Below, piece by piece: positions 1 to 9,283 of a stretch of 64,000 bases of DNA. The notes under the pieces were generated by a model. That model was not told the DNA's origin. It did no database searches and saw only the letters and a list, made by a program, of their open reading frames with translations. Position numbers and translations under genes: made by a program. Source of the DNA: Nitrosopumilus sp. (GTDB lineage: Archaea > Thermoproteota > Nitrososphaeria > Nitrososphaerales > Nitrosopumilaceae). Position 1 is the stretch's first letter. Each line of letters starts with the position of its first letter. The stretch covers positions 1,728,001 through 1,792,000 of the forward strand of contig OZ243974.1 of assembly GCA_965214775.1 (NCBI GenBank), written 5' to 3'.

Positions 1-740
1 TCGCTTTCAGGTCCCAGCTTTACGACACTTTTTGGAGCGTCGTCCTCCGGCATCAGCGTGTGCCAGTTGTGTATGGTGACTCTTCCCTGAAACAGCCTCT
101 CATGGAGCGAGTCCGGCACTATTGCAAACTGGTCGTAAAAGTTGTCCGGGTTTGTCGGAAACAGCACCTGCAGGCGCGACTTGACGGTAAGACCCGGCGC
201 CATGACAAGTATGTTCTTGGAAAAGCGCGCATCCTGCGGGTATGTGGCCTTGTTGATTATATTCCATGCAATCACCATGGCCATCACTATCGTCTTGCCG
301 GTTCCTGTGGCCATCTTGCAGCACAGCCTCTCAAACGCACCGCCGTCAGACGGAACCATTATCCCCTGCCTTGCCGAATCAGGCGCCTCGGTCATCCAGA
401 TCAGCGTCTCGATTGCCTCCAGCTGGCAGAAAAACAGCCTGTTCTCCCTTTTGGTTTTGTCGTGCCAGAATCTTAGCAGCTGCCCGGTGACTCCGGTAAC
501 TCCCGGATAGCCTTCCGTTCTCCAGCCATCCACCCTGTCGCGTATCCTGTTTACAAGCTCCAGCTCCCTGAACTCGCCCGGATCGTCAAAGGATTTGCTG
601 TCTGCAGACGCCATGAGGAATCCGGCCGGGCGCCTGCCATCGACCAGCTCGAATTTCCTCCTCTGCCGGTCGTACCTCCAGTGCTGGGAGGGCACGTCAT
701 ACGGACTGCACACTATGAGGTTCTCGATTTGTTCTATCAT
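1..740 (-). CDS. res: Type III restriction endonuclease Res subunit (DEAD-like helicase), 5' part; runs off the window
   Basis: Manual translation MIEQIENLIVCSPYDVPSQHW...LFFCQLEAIETLIW...CKMATGTGKTIVMAM (Walker A); start overlaps the mod stop (ATGA). Confidence 0.85.
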   Translation of the reverse strand, partial: MIEQIENLIVCSPYDVPSQHWRYDRQRRKFELVDGRRPAGFLMASADSKSFDDPGEFRELELVNRIRDRVDGWRTEGYPGVTGVTGQLLRFWHDKTKRENRLFFCQLEAIETLIWMTEAPDSARQGIMVPSDGGAFERLCCKMATGTGKTIVMAMVIAWNIINKATYPQDARFSKNILVMAPGLTVKSRLQVLFPTNPDNFYDQFAIVPDSLHERLFQGRVTIHNWHTLMPEDDAPKSVVKLGPES

Positions 741-3223
741 TCCAGATCTATGATTTTCAGCGACTCGATTCCCCTGTCATCTATGATCTTGACTGCGGCC
801 CTCTTGTTTGGCCCTGTCTCAAACGGGATTGATTCGGTTCCCTGATACTTGGCAATCAGATCCTCGTCAATCTGGGCCTGCAGCGTCTTGGCCAGCCTAC
901 CCCATCCGCCCGACTTTCCCTCCATGGGAAAGAACACCTGCTGTGGGTAGACGCTTCTGCCATCATAGTCAGTATCCAGCATCCACATTGCGATTTTGGA
1001 GCTGCCGCCGGACTCGATCTCGCCGGTTCTTGTATTGTAATAGTCAAAGCCGTTTACCGTAATCACGCATTTTTTGTCCTTGGTTTTTGTCAACTCGACA
1101 TCGGGCTGGCCCATAAGCCAGAAGGACTCGTTGCTTACTCGCTTGCTTTTCAGATCCTCTGTAAGCAAATCCTTGTTCATCTCGACCTTGAGAACTGTCA
1201 CTCCGGGCCAGTTTAGCTCGTCAATGTCCTTGGCGGCCTCTGGATCAAACTGCATGGCGGCAAAGATCACCATCTCGGCTTTTGGAACCAAGGTTTGGGC
1301 CTCCTCTATTGCAAGTGCTACCTGGCGCTGCTCCAACGGGGCATGCTCCGGGCCAAATGAGATCATCACGCGCTTTTGGCCGTTCTTTGATTCGGCATCC
1401 GCGTGAATCCATTTTGTTGCAGGATGTGATTCGACACGCGTGAATTCGATCTTCTGGCCTGCCTTGCCCCTGATTCCGGCCTTTACCAGCTCGTCACGCC
1501 ACAGTTGTTGGTGGGAGGAATTGTTTTGCATGGTGGCCTGTTCTTGCTGCGGCCTGGACAGGACATCGATACTTTTGACTGTCGGTGATGGCACTGCTTC
1601 AACCGTGAATGGGCCTGATATTCTGGTTCTTGTCTTGTCTGCAATTGGTTGATCAAATAATGTTTCTGTTTTTGTTGGTTCGTTGTTTGCCAGCGACCCC
1701 AACGTTATGTGTGGCATGGTCTCATACTCAAACCCAGATCGTATTCCTTCGGATTCGTTTAATAATCTGTAATAGTCAAATTTGGAGGTCATTATCCTTT
1801 GTTTGGCAATGGTTGTGGCTATCCTTGATGTATCACATGTGATCCATCTACGGCCTAGTTTTTCGGCAACAAATGCGGTAGTTCCAGAGCCACACGTAGG
1901 ATCTAGTACTAGGTCACCAGGATCAGTAGTCATTAGCATTACCCTTTCTAGGATTTTTGGAAGTGTGTGAACCACATAGAGTTTTTTCATGAAACTGTTA
2001 ACGGTGTCTGTCCATATGTTGTGTAGCGATCTGTACTGAAAGTCATCGAAAAATCGAACATAAGCTATTGTGTTGCCAGATTTTCTTATTCTTTTTTTCG
2101 AAGCTAGTACATTCAAGCCATCAATAGAGACTTTCCAATGACCACGCCTTGGTGTGAAGACTTCTCCCTCAAACTCAAATTTTAATGAATCGCCGCCTTC
2201 CGATGTTAAATCTCGCTCACAAAAAATTCTTGCACCCGGAGGAATTTCAGATGGGCTTTCCTTTTCTTTTCTTGTCATATTGCGACGTGTACCGTTTTCG
2301 AGTTCTAAAAATCTGTAAGAAGAATCGTTTACAGGTGAATCTTTTTTGATATATAGATCATGGTATTTAAGTTTGACACGATCCTTTGCATACCAACATA
2401 TGTAATCACACACACTATCCAATTTGCTGCTGGTAGACGAGCTGGTTTTCTGTACTGTGATAATACTAACAAAATTTTCACTTCCGAAAACTTCATCCAT
2501 AATTTCCCTCACATGATGCAAATTTTCATCTGATATCTGAACAAAAACACTTCCGCCTTCAGTCAACAATTTTTTTGATAAGAGCAGCCGATCCCTCAAG
2601 TACGAAAGATATGAATGAATTTCTAGCTCCCATGTATCTCTAAATGCCTTAATCATCTCGGGCTCCTGTGTTAAATCACTATCTTTGCCATCTACCACAT
2701 TTTTTTTGCTTACAAAAGGCTGAAAATTGGAGCCATATTTTATACCATAAGGAGGATCAATGTAGATCATCTGCACCCTTTCCTCCATACCCTCCTTCTC
2801 CAAGAGAGAATTCATCACCAAAAGCGAATCACCCGCAATTAGTCTGTTGGACCAGTTCTGGTCATGCTTGTAAAACTCGACTGCGTCTCTCAGCGGTGGA
2901 TTGCTGTCTGAAGTTTCAAAGTAGTGAAATAACGTGTGTTGCGTTTCCTGTTTATTCTTCATTGTCTTTTCAAGGATCGTATGTGGATCGATCCTTTCAT
3001 GCACATGTAGAGAAACCGTATCCACCTTAAACTCCGTGTTTTCCTGCTTGCCTGACCACTGCAGTTGGGGATCCAACCTTGGGTCATACGAGTATTTTTT
3101 TCGGGGCTGGTCAGGATCTGTCTGATGGGTGACCAGACCAACCGGCGGGTTGTTTGGCCTCTTTTTATCCTCGTGTGTGTACTGCTCTACTGATTCCTTT
3201 TCCGGTTTTGCCTTTCTTGCCAA
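737..3223 (-). CDS. mod: Type III R-M Mod subunit, adenine DNA methyltransferase
   Basis: IYIDPPY catalytic motif followed by LDPTCGSGTT SAM-binding motif (beta-class order); coupled to Res. Confidence 0.9.
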   Translation of the reverse strand: MARKAKPEKESVEQYTHEDKKRPNNPPVGLVTHQTDPDQPRKKYSYDPRLDPQLQWSGKQENTEFKVDTVSLHVHERIDPHTILEKTMKNKQETQHTLFHYFETSDSNPPLRDAVEFYKHDQNWSNRLIAGDSLLVMNSLLEKEGMEERVQMIYIDPPYGIKYGSNFQPFVSKKNVVDGKDSDLTQEPEMIKAFRDTWELEIHSYLSYLRDRLLLSKKLLTEGGSVFVQISDENLHHVREIMDEVFGSENFVSIITVQKTSSSTSSKLDSVCDYICWYAKDRVKLKYHDLYIKKDSPVNDSSYRFLELENGTRRNMTRKEKESPSEIPPGARIFCERDLTSEGGDSLKFEFEGEVFTPRRGHWKVSIDGLNVLASKKRIRKSGNTIAYVRFFDDFQYRSLHNIWTDTVNSFMKKLYVVHTLPKILERVMLMTTDPGDLVLDPTCGSGTTAFVAEKLGRRWITCDTSRIATTIAKQRIMTSKFDYYRLLNESEGIRSGFEYETMPHITLGSLANNEPTKTETLFDQPIADKTRTRISGPFTVEAVPSPTVKSIDVLSRPQQEQATMQNNSSHQQLWRDELVKAGIRGKAGQKIEFTRVESHPATKWIHADAESKNGQKRVMISFGPEHAPLEQRQVALAIEEAQTLVPKAEMVIFAAMQFDPEAAKDIDELNWPGVTVLKVEMNKDLLTEDLKSKRVSNESFWLMGQPDVELTKTKDKKCVITVNGFDYYNTRTGEIESGGSSKIAMWMLDTDYDGRSVYPQQVFFPMEGKSGGWGRLAKTLQAQIDEDLIAKYQGTESIPFETGPNKRAAVKIIDDRGIESLKIIDLE

Positions 3224-3353
3224 CTGCTTACCGCCCTGTCGAAAATCTCATCAAAGCCTGATCGTCGAAACTGTATGTATCTTGTATATATTTTGTAGCT
3301 AACATGTAATAATTCAGAAAAGTGCAGGCGGGACTCAGCTACAGGATACGTAC

Positions 3354-3626
3354 ATGAAGAAAGATTTGGATGCACAACTTGGCATGGTCAAGGGGAGCAA
3401 GCATAGAAAGAGCGTGTTGGTGGCAATAGTGGATGGGCCACTGTGTCCCAAGGAGATCTCGGAGAAAGTCGGTTATTATCCCAGCCACGTGAGCAAAGCC
3501 TTGTCTGAGTTGAGCAGTCAAGGACTGGTCGTGTGCAAGAACCCAGATGCCAGAAAGGGAAGGCTGTACCGCCTTACAAAAGACGGGGAATCCATTTGTG
3601 CCATGCTGTCCAATTGTGATAAGTGA
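3354..3626 (+). CDS. Winged-helix (ArsR/MarR-like) transcription regulator, divergent from mod
   Basis: PKEISEKVGYYPSHVSKALSEL...GRLYRLT wHTH pattern. Confidence 0.75.
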   Translation: MKKDLDAQLGMVKGSKHRKSVLVAIVDGPLCPKEISEKVGYYPSHVSKALSELSSQGLVVCKNPDARKGRLYRLTKDGESICAMLSNCDK

Positions 3627-3652
3627 CTGCCTGCAAGACAGCCGCAGACGGC

Positions 3653-3943
3653 CTATCTTGCCCTTGAGGAGGCCTGGTCTATCATGCCGCCTATTTTTTT
3701 GAGCCGTCCTGCGATGTACTTTTGCCTGTCGCTTTTTGAAAAGTACCTGGCGCGCTCCAGCATATCATCCAGGTATTTTGAGAGCACCCTGTCAAAGTTC
3801 CGGTCTATGATCCGCGCCGCCTTGTGCAGGTTCTGCACGTTCAGGTTCTCAAGATCATCCTTTCTTCCAAGAAAGTACTGTGAGTTGCCTGCCAGCAGGT
3901 ACAGGTATTCCACACCTTGCCTCCTCTTTATGAACACGCCCAT
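3653..3943 (-). CDS. Small hypothetical protein divergent from the integrase
   Basis: 96-aa ORF; N-terminus FIKRRQGVEYLYL resembles small mobile-element proteins. Confidence 0.5.
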   Translation of the reverse strand: MGVFIKRRQGVEYLYLLAGNSQYFLGRKDDLENLNVQNLHKAARIIDRNFDRVLSKYLDDMLERARYFSKSDRQKYIAGRLKKIGGMIDQASSRAR

Positions 3944-3951
3944 GATATCAC

Positions 3952-4009
3952 TGTATCATGTCACATGATAAATCTTTAAATAAAGCTTTGTATCATGTAA
4001 CATGATACA
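3952..4009. promoter_or_regulatory. Two palindromic operator-like sites flanking a TATA box
   Basis: TGTATCATGTCACATGATAAA (3952-3972) and TGTATCATGTAACATGATACA (3989-4009) around TTTAAATA. Confidence 0.6.
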
Positions 4010-4011
4010 CA

Positions 4012-5280
4012 ATGAGCGGCTTGAAAGGTAAAATAGCAGCGTGCGGTACATATCGCAAGGATGAAGTCGCCGAGAGGCAGACCGATATGGGAAAAACAAA
4101 GACAGTCAAGACAGACACTGCCAAGAACACAAAGACATCGATACTCCTGTCGGATCCCGACGTGAGCCGCTGGTACGACAACCTTGCGCGGGGCAGCCTG
4201 TATACAGCAAGCAGGGGCCTTGGCCTGCTCGGAAGGTTCTGCGAGATGCACCAGATGACGCCCGGACAGCTTGCCGCTCTTGGGATGAGGGACGTCAGGA
4301 CGGTAACGGACTTGCTGGAGGACCACGTCACCATGATGGAGTCCAAGAACTACTCTCCGGGATACGTTGCAAACCACGTAAAGACCGTAAAGTCGTGGCT
4401 GAGGCACTTTGACGTCGAGATCAGGCGCAGGATAAAGATATCCGCGATGGGTCCGGCGCCAGTCCTCGAAAACGAGAGGGTTCCAAATGCTGCCGAGATG
4501 GCCGAGATATACAGCCGCGCGGGGCTGCGCGAGTCTGCCATAATATCGCTGATGGCAAAGGCCGGACTCCGGCCCGAGGTCATCGGCAACTATGACGGAA
4601 CAGACGGCCTGCAGATGCGGGATCTTCCAGATATCGTCACACACAGGGGCGAGGCCAAGTGCGTCAGGGCGCCGTGCACGATAGTGATCCGGAGGACCCT
4701 GTCCAAGGCGCGTCACCAGTACTTTACGTTCCTGACGGGTACTGCGACAGGGCAGATAACTGCATACCTCAACGACAGGATCGCGCACGGCGAGTCGCTG
4801 AACGATGACTCGCCTGTGATATCGCCTGATCACCTGCACAGGACAAGCCGCGGAAGGAACTCTGCCAAGACCTTTCTTCCGACAAGCAGGGTGAGCAAGC
4901 TTGTGCGGGAGACGTTCAGGCCGAGGTTCTCTTGGAGGCCGTACGTGCTGCGCGCGTACTTTGACACGCAGCTGCTCATAGCGGAGGCCAAGGGCAAGAT
5001 GGCGCACGACTTTAGGGTGTTCTTCATGGGGCACAAGGGAAGCATGGAGGCCCGGTACACCACCAACAAGGGCGTGCTGCCCGAGGTCCTGGTAGCAGAG
5101 ATGCGCCAGGCCTTTGGCCGCTCCGAGGAGCACCTGGATCAGAGCGAGGTAGCAGATCCCCTCATGGAGCAGAGGGAGAGGGCCCAGCAGATGATCACAG
5201 AGGCCACGCCGGAGCAGATTGGCCGCGTGCTAGAGGCACTAAGCGTGCCGGCAAGACGGGCCAAGCCAGGTTGTGGCTGA
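4012..5280 (+). CDS. Tyrosine recombinase / site-specific integrase (start may be 4087)
   Basis: AGLRPE (Arg), YVLRAYF, FMGH and RYTT (Tyr) motifs. Confidence 0.85.
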   Translation: MSGLKGKIAACGTYRKDEVAERQTDMGKTKTVKTDTAKNTKTSILLSDPDVSRWYDNLARGSLYTASRGLGLLGRFCEMHQMTPGQLAALGMRDVRTVTDLLEDHVTMMESKNYSPGYVANHVKTVKSWLRHFDVEIRRRIKISAMGPAPVLENERVPNAAEMAEIYSRAGLRESAIISLMAKAGLRPEVIGNYDGTDGLQMRDLPDIVTHRGEAKCVRAPCTIVIRRTLSKARHQYFTFLTGTATGQITAYLNDRIAHGESLNDDSPVISPDHLHRTSRGRNSAKTFLPTSRVSKLVRETFRPRFSWRPYVLRAYFDTQLLIAEAKGKMAHDFRVFFMGHKGSMEARYTTNKGVLPEVLVAEMRQAFGRSEEHLDQSEVADPLMEQRERAQQMITEATPEQIGRVLEALSVPARRAKPGCG

Positions 5281-5387
5281 TGCAGCCGAGGCCGAGGAGC
5301 TGATATCCCGTGGATGCAGGTTCGTCGGCATACTGCCCAACGGCAAGGTGGTGCTGGAAAGGCAGGACGTGAACCCGCAGTAGGTTC

Positions 5388-5403
5388 ACATCTGGGAAGA
5401 CTG
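5388..5403. repeat. Isolated ISH3-type terminal inverted repeat at the island/core border
   Basis: TCTGGGAAGACTG matches the end of the ISH3 at 55274-56574. Confidence 0.6.
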
Positions 5404-5445
5404 CTGTTACAAGAATATTAAAATTCAGGGAATTTTAGTAATTTT

Positions 5446-6081
5446 TTGATGTCTGAAGAGAAAAAAGAATCCAAAGCAGACGAAAAAGCAGCCAAAGACG
5501 CATCTGTCAAAGCTGAATCATTAGCAAAAGCAGCAGAGGCTGCTGAAAATGCTGTTAAAGAAGCACTGGCAAAAGCCAAATCTGCAAAGGCAGAAGCAGA
5601 AGCAGCAGCAGAAGCTGAATACAAAGCAATTGCAGCTGAAGTAAAGGCCGATGCTGCAAAAGCACCTGACTATACCTTCAAGAGACAAGGCGAAGAGATC
5701 TTTAGACGCGAAATGGGCGAGCCTGAATTTTGGCTAGAAAAAGAAGACAGATTCCCAAGACCTATCCTGACTGCCGATCAACAAGAGTCCCTTACAAGAC
5801 AGGCAGAAATTCCACAGGATCAAACTCCTGAATACAATCCTCAACGCGTACTTAGTCCGGAATTTGGCGGCGTTTCAAACTATGAACGCGGCGTCAACAG
5901 GTTTTTAGAAGAGGCCAAACAAAATCTTCAACACTTGAAAAACAATCCAGAGGCAACTGAGAACGACATCAAAAACGCTGAAGACAAAATCGTTTACTTG
6001 GAATCCTTACATGAAAACTACTATATCGGAATGAATGTTTTCCGAACAGCCAAGGGCGGACGAGAAAAAATTAGGGCTTGA
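5446..6081 (+). CDS. Hypothetical protein with Ala/Lys/Glu-rich N-terminus
   Basis: 211-aa ORF with core-like composition. Confidence 0.7.
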   Translation: MMSEEKKESKADEKAAKDASVKAESLAKAAEAAENAVKEALAKAKSAKAEAEAAAEAEYKAIAAEVKADAAKAPDYTFKRQGEEIFRREMGEPEFWLEKEDRFPRPILTADQQESLTRQAEIPQDQTPEYNPQRVLSPEFGGVSNYERGVNRFLEEAKQNLQHLKNNPEATENDIKNAEDKIVYLESLHENYYIGMNVFRTAKGGREKIRA

Positions 6082-6102
6082 TGGTGTGGCGGTGTAAGGC
6101 AA

Positions 6103-7188
6103 ATGGGGGATGAAGTCAGGTTTGATGTGATGAATGCAAGAGTGACTTTCAAAAACATTCCGCTGCATACATTATCCAAGTTTACTTTCAAAGACGTAAA
6201 CGCAGCCTGCGAGGAATTTAAAAAAATCAAGGGTGTTGATGAGTGCATAATAGTTCAGACTGCAAGCAGAGTTGAAATTTTTACTGTAAGCAATGTTCAA
6301 ACTGATGATGGAAATACCCCTGATGCAAGAAGAGCTGAGGGAAAAGCGCTTGTATTAAACCAGGTAAAGGACACCTGGATATCTTTATCCTCCTTGGAAC
6401 AAATCGACATTGATCATTTTGATCAAACCTTGGAGGTTTACAAAGGCGATGACGTCTATCTTCATCTGTTAAGATTGGCATCAGGAATAGATTCCTTTGT
6501 CGTTGGCAAGCAAGAGGTCTTCGATGAGATTGTCCAGTCATTAGAAAACGCCAAGAATGCAGGAAATTCAGGCAAAATTCTCAGCAAACTCTTTGAAAGT
6601 GTAATCAGGTTGGCCACAAGAATGAGAGACACTACCGGAATTGCCAACGATGTGATTTCATTAGGCGACATTGCAGTTAACTTGGTTGATGAAAAGGCGG
6701 GATTGGACGACAAGAAGAAAATTCTGCTGATGGGTACAGGCGAGTCAGCGGCAATGGTTGCAAAGACCTTGAATTCCAAGGGTGTAAAATATGACGTCAC
6801 CAGCAGAACCATAAAACGTGCAACAGGCTTTACGACACTCTTGGGTGGCAACCCGGTTGAGTTTTCTGACGTACTGGCAGGCTTTGACAAATATGATATC
6901 GTTTTTGTTGCAACCACGGCAGACTACTTTTTGATAACTCGTGAAATTATTAGGCTGGTAATGGAAGAAAAGAAAAAGGGAACGCTGATCTTGGATTTGT
7001 CCGAGCCAAGGGCAGTAGCTGAAGACATTACTTCCCTGCCTGGAATCAAGCTGTTGTTCAGAGATCAAATCTCTGAAATATTTGAGGAAAGCGTCAAAGC
7101 TCGAGCTGGAATTGTTCCTGCAGTAGAAAAAATCATTGCAAAGGAACTGCCAGTGCTGTCACTGAGAATGAGAAAATTAGACGCTTAA
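6103..7188 (+). CDS. hemA: Glutamyl-tRNA reductase family protein
   Basis: QTASRVE (canonical TCNRxE), HLLRLASGIDS, GTGESA NADPH site, DLSEPR. Confidence 0.75.
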   Translation: MGDEVRFDVMNARVTFKNIPLHTLSKFTFKDVNAACEEFKKIKGVDECIIVQTASRVEIFTVSNVQTDDGNTPDARRAEGKALVLNQVKDTWISLSSLEQIDIDHFDQTLEVYKGDDVYLHLLRLASGIDSFVVGKQEVFDEIVQSLENAKNAGNSGKILSKLFESVIRLATRMRDTTGIANDVISLGDIAVNLVDEKAGLDDKKKILLMGTGESAAMVAKTLNSKGVKYDVTSRTIKRATGFTTLLGGNPVEFSDVLAGFDKYDIVFVATTADYFLITREIIRLVMEEKKKGTLILDLSEPRAVAEDITSLPGIKLLFRDQISEIFEESVKARAGIVPAVEKIIAKELPVLSLRMRKLDA

Positions 7189-7192
7189 TTTT

Positions 7193-7354
7193 TTATTGCT
7201 TCCTTAAGATAAACTGCATGACGGCTTCCTTGGAATAATCAATTCCATGCTCTTCTTCCATGTGAACTCTGAATTTTTCTATTACCTCTTCTACCTCGCC
7301 AGAGACTGCAAAGTCATCATCAAACCCGTAATCCCTGGCCTTGAGCTCTGCCAT
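7193..7354 (-). CDS. DUF1059-like small protein (53 aa, below the ORF-track cutoff)
   Basis: Manual translation MAELKARDYGFDDDFAVSGEVEEVIEKFRVHMEEEHGIDYSKEAVMQFILRKQ. Confidence 0.6.
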   Translation of the reverse strand: MAELKARDYGFDDDFAVSGEVEEVIEKFRVHMEEEHGIDYSKEAVMQFILRKQ

Positions 7355-7441
7355 ACTTTTGCAAAAAAAGTCTCAATATAAAAATCCAGAGGTGGAGATT
7401 TTCCAAGAGACGGCTGTTTCTGATCTCAAAGACTCAACGAG

Positions 7442-8284
7442 TCATCCGTAGGACTCAAACTTGATTCCAAAACTTCCGTCGGGTTTCTTTTCATGCTCTG
7501 TGACAAAACCTTTTGGGCCCAACGAGTCAATCACGCCGTCGATGGTTCCCTGATAACCGCAGATGTAGATTATTGTGTTTTCAGGTGTGATTTCCTCGCC
7601 TACCATCTCTTCTACTGGCGACAACCCCGTTTTTTTATCGGGCTTGAAAAATGACTCGACTCTTCCAGTCTGGCCGCTCCAAGATCTGTTAAAGAATTCT
7701 TTTGGCCTGCTGATGGCCGCCCTGTACCTGAAATTCCACTTGTCCCTGCCGACTTTTTCACTCTTCAATTCCAAATCTGTAAACAGCTGCTTGTAACTTA
7801 GTTCGTCAACATAACTTGCGCCATGCAGAACCACGACTTCCCGCTTGTCATTGATGTCATGAAAGTGCTTTGCAAAAGCAACAAATGGGGCAATTCCGGT
7901 TCCGCCTCCGACACAAATAACCCTCCTATTGTCCGGTTTTCCATTGTGTAGCTTGTCACTGATCTGTAACGCCGTCCCGGTGGGATCTCCCAGCCATACT
8001 TGATCTCCGACACTTGCATAAAACAACTCGGTTGTAACGCGGCCTGGCAAGGGTTTTCTTACCCATCTAATTACAAATTCAAAATAATCCCTGTTTTCAG
8101 GATGAGACGCAATTGAATACGCTCTTCTTACAATCTTTTTCTCCGCAGGAATTGGCACTCCGATTGTCAAAAACTGGCCTGTCTTGTATTCTGGCATTCC
8201 GGTTTCAGGAACTAGCCTGATGATGACAAGATCCTCTTTGAGCAGTTCCCTGTACACGATCTTTGCTCTAGCTTCTGACACCAT
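7442..8284 (-). CDS. Ferredoxin--NADP(+) reductase
   Basis: RRAYSIAS, GGGTGIAPF, YICG, C-terminal FESYG. Confidence 0.9.
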   Translation of the reverse strand: MVSEARAKIVYRELLKEDLVIIRLVPETGMPEYKTGQFLTIGVPIPAEKKIVRRAYSIASHPENRDYFEFVIRWVRKPLPGRVTTELFYASVGDQVWLGDPTGTALQISDKLHNGKPDNRRVICVGGGTGIAPFVAFAKHFHDINDKREVVVLHGASYVDELSYKQLFTDLELKSEKVGRDKWNFRYRAAISRPKEFFNRSWSGQTGRVESFFKPDKKTGLSPVEEMVGEEITPENTIIYICGYQGTIDGVIDSLGPKGFVTEHEKKPDGSFGIKFESYG

Positions 8285-8398
8285 GCAAGAGGTTTCTTGT
8301 CGCTTTGGATAAATATATTTCCTTTGCGAGAAATCAAAGAATCCACCATCACTAAAAATTCTTAATTTTTCTTTGAAAATCTAAAAATCCGCATTTTT

Positions 8399-9199
8399 TT
8401 ACCGGTTGATTTGCTGCATTATCTCATCAAGAACCTGCTGATTTGCCGCGGCAATAAAAGACATCCTGGTTTCATAACTCAGGTCCGCATCTAGCGGATT
8501 TAGATCTGCATCTAAAAGCAGTCCTCCGGCTTCTCTTACAATCAAATACCCTGCTGCAATATCTTGAACCCTGATCTTGCCTCTCAGGTCTATGAAGACG
8601 TCCATCAGCCCTCTGGCAAGCATGGCCATCTCCAATGCATTTGCCCCAAAATGTCTGGTGTGGTTGTGATTCTCAAAAATTGGATGCAATTCCCTCATCA
8701 GGTCAGCAGATGCGCCTGAAGTGTTGATTCCGACAATTTTGTAGACAGGATCCTGGCTGTGCACATGGATTTTTCTGTCATCAAAAAAGGCGCCCCTGTC
8801 TTTTGATGCCCAATACGTCTCTCCGTTTGCAAGGTCGGTTATCACTCCGTCAGTTATTGAACTTAGCCTGTTTTCTGTAGCAAAAGCCAGCGAGCTACAG
8901 AAAAAAGGCACCCCCCTGACAGAGTTTGCCGAACCGTCAACTGCATCCATGATTACAAATCCTCTTGGCGTATCAGACAGTTCGACCCTGCCGCATTCCT
9001 CCCCCAACACAACACATGGAAAATCAATCTCTTTTAGATAGTCCAGAGCCGTCTTTTCTGCAACAATGTCTATGTTCCGGGAGATGTCCCCGCCTGCCCC
9101 CCGTCCAAAGTCTCCTGCAGCATCCTCTGTTCCGGCAAGATCCTTTACATTTTCATAGATTCTGTTTGAGATTTTTTGCAGAATCTCAATTACTTCCAT
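8399..9199 (-). CDS. Inositol monophosphatase / FBPase family protein
   Basis: LGEE, DAVDGS, QDIAAG motifs; start placed at MEVIEIL. Confidence 0.85.
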   Translation of the reverse strand: MEVIEILQKISNRIYENVKDLAGTEDAAGDFGRGAGGDISRNIDIVAEKTALDYLKEIDFPCVVLGEECGRVELSDTPRGFVIMDAVDGSANSVRGVPFFCSSLAFATENRLSSITDGVITDLANGETYWASKDRGAFFDDRKIHVHSQDPVYKIVGINTSGASADLMRELHPIFENHNHTRHFGANALEMAMLARGLMDVFIDLRGKIRVQDIAAGYLIVREAGGLLLDADLNPLDADLSYETRMSFIAAANQQVLDEIMQQINR

Positions 9200-9283
9200 T
9201 ACCGTCCGGTCAACCGGGTCGTAATTTAAGTGAAGAAAATTTTTGTCTTGAAAGCATAAATAACAACAGAAGAGCTTACGCGT

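Noticed and set aside
3976-5133. 385-aa antisense ORF, and similar shadow ORFs over transposases (e.g. 30629-31564, 55342-56016, 42505-43245)
   Set aside because: They overlap well-supported genes on the opposite strand in GC-rich DNA and have no motifs
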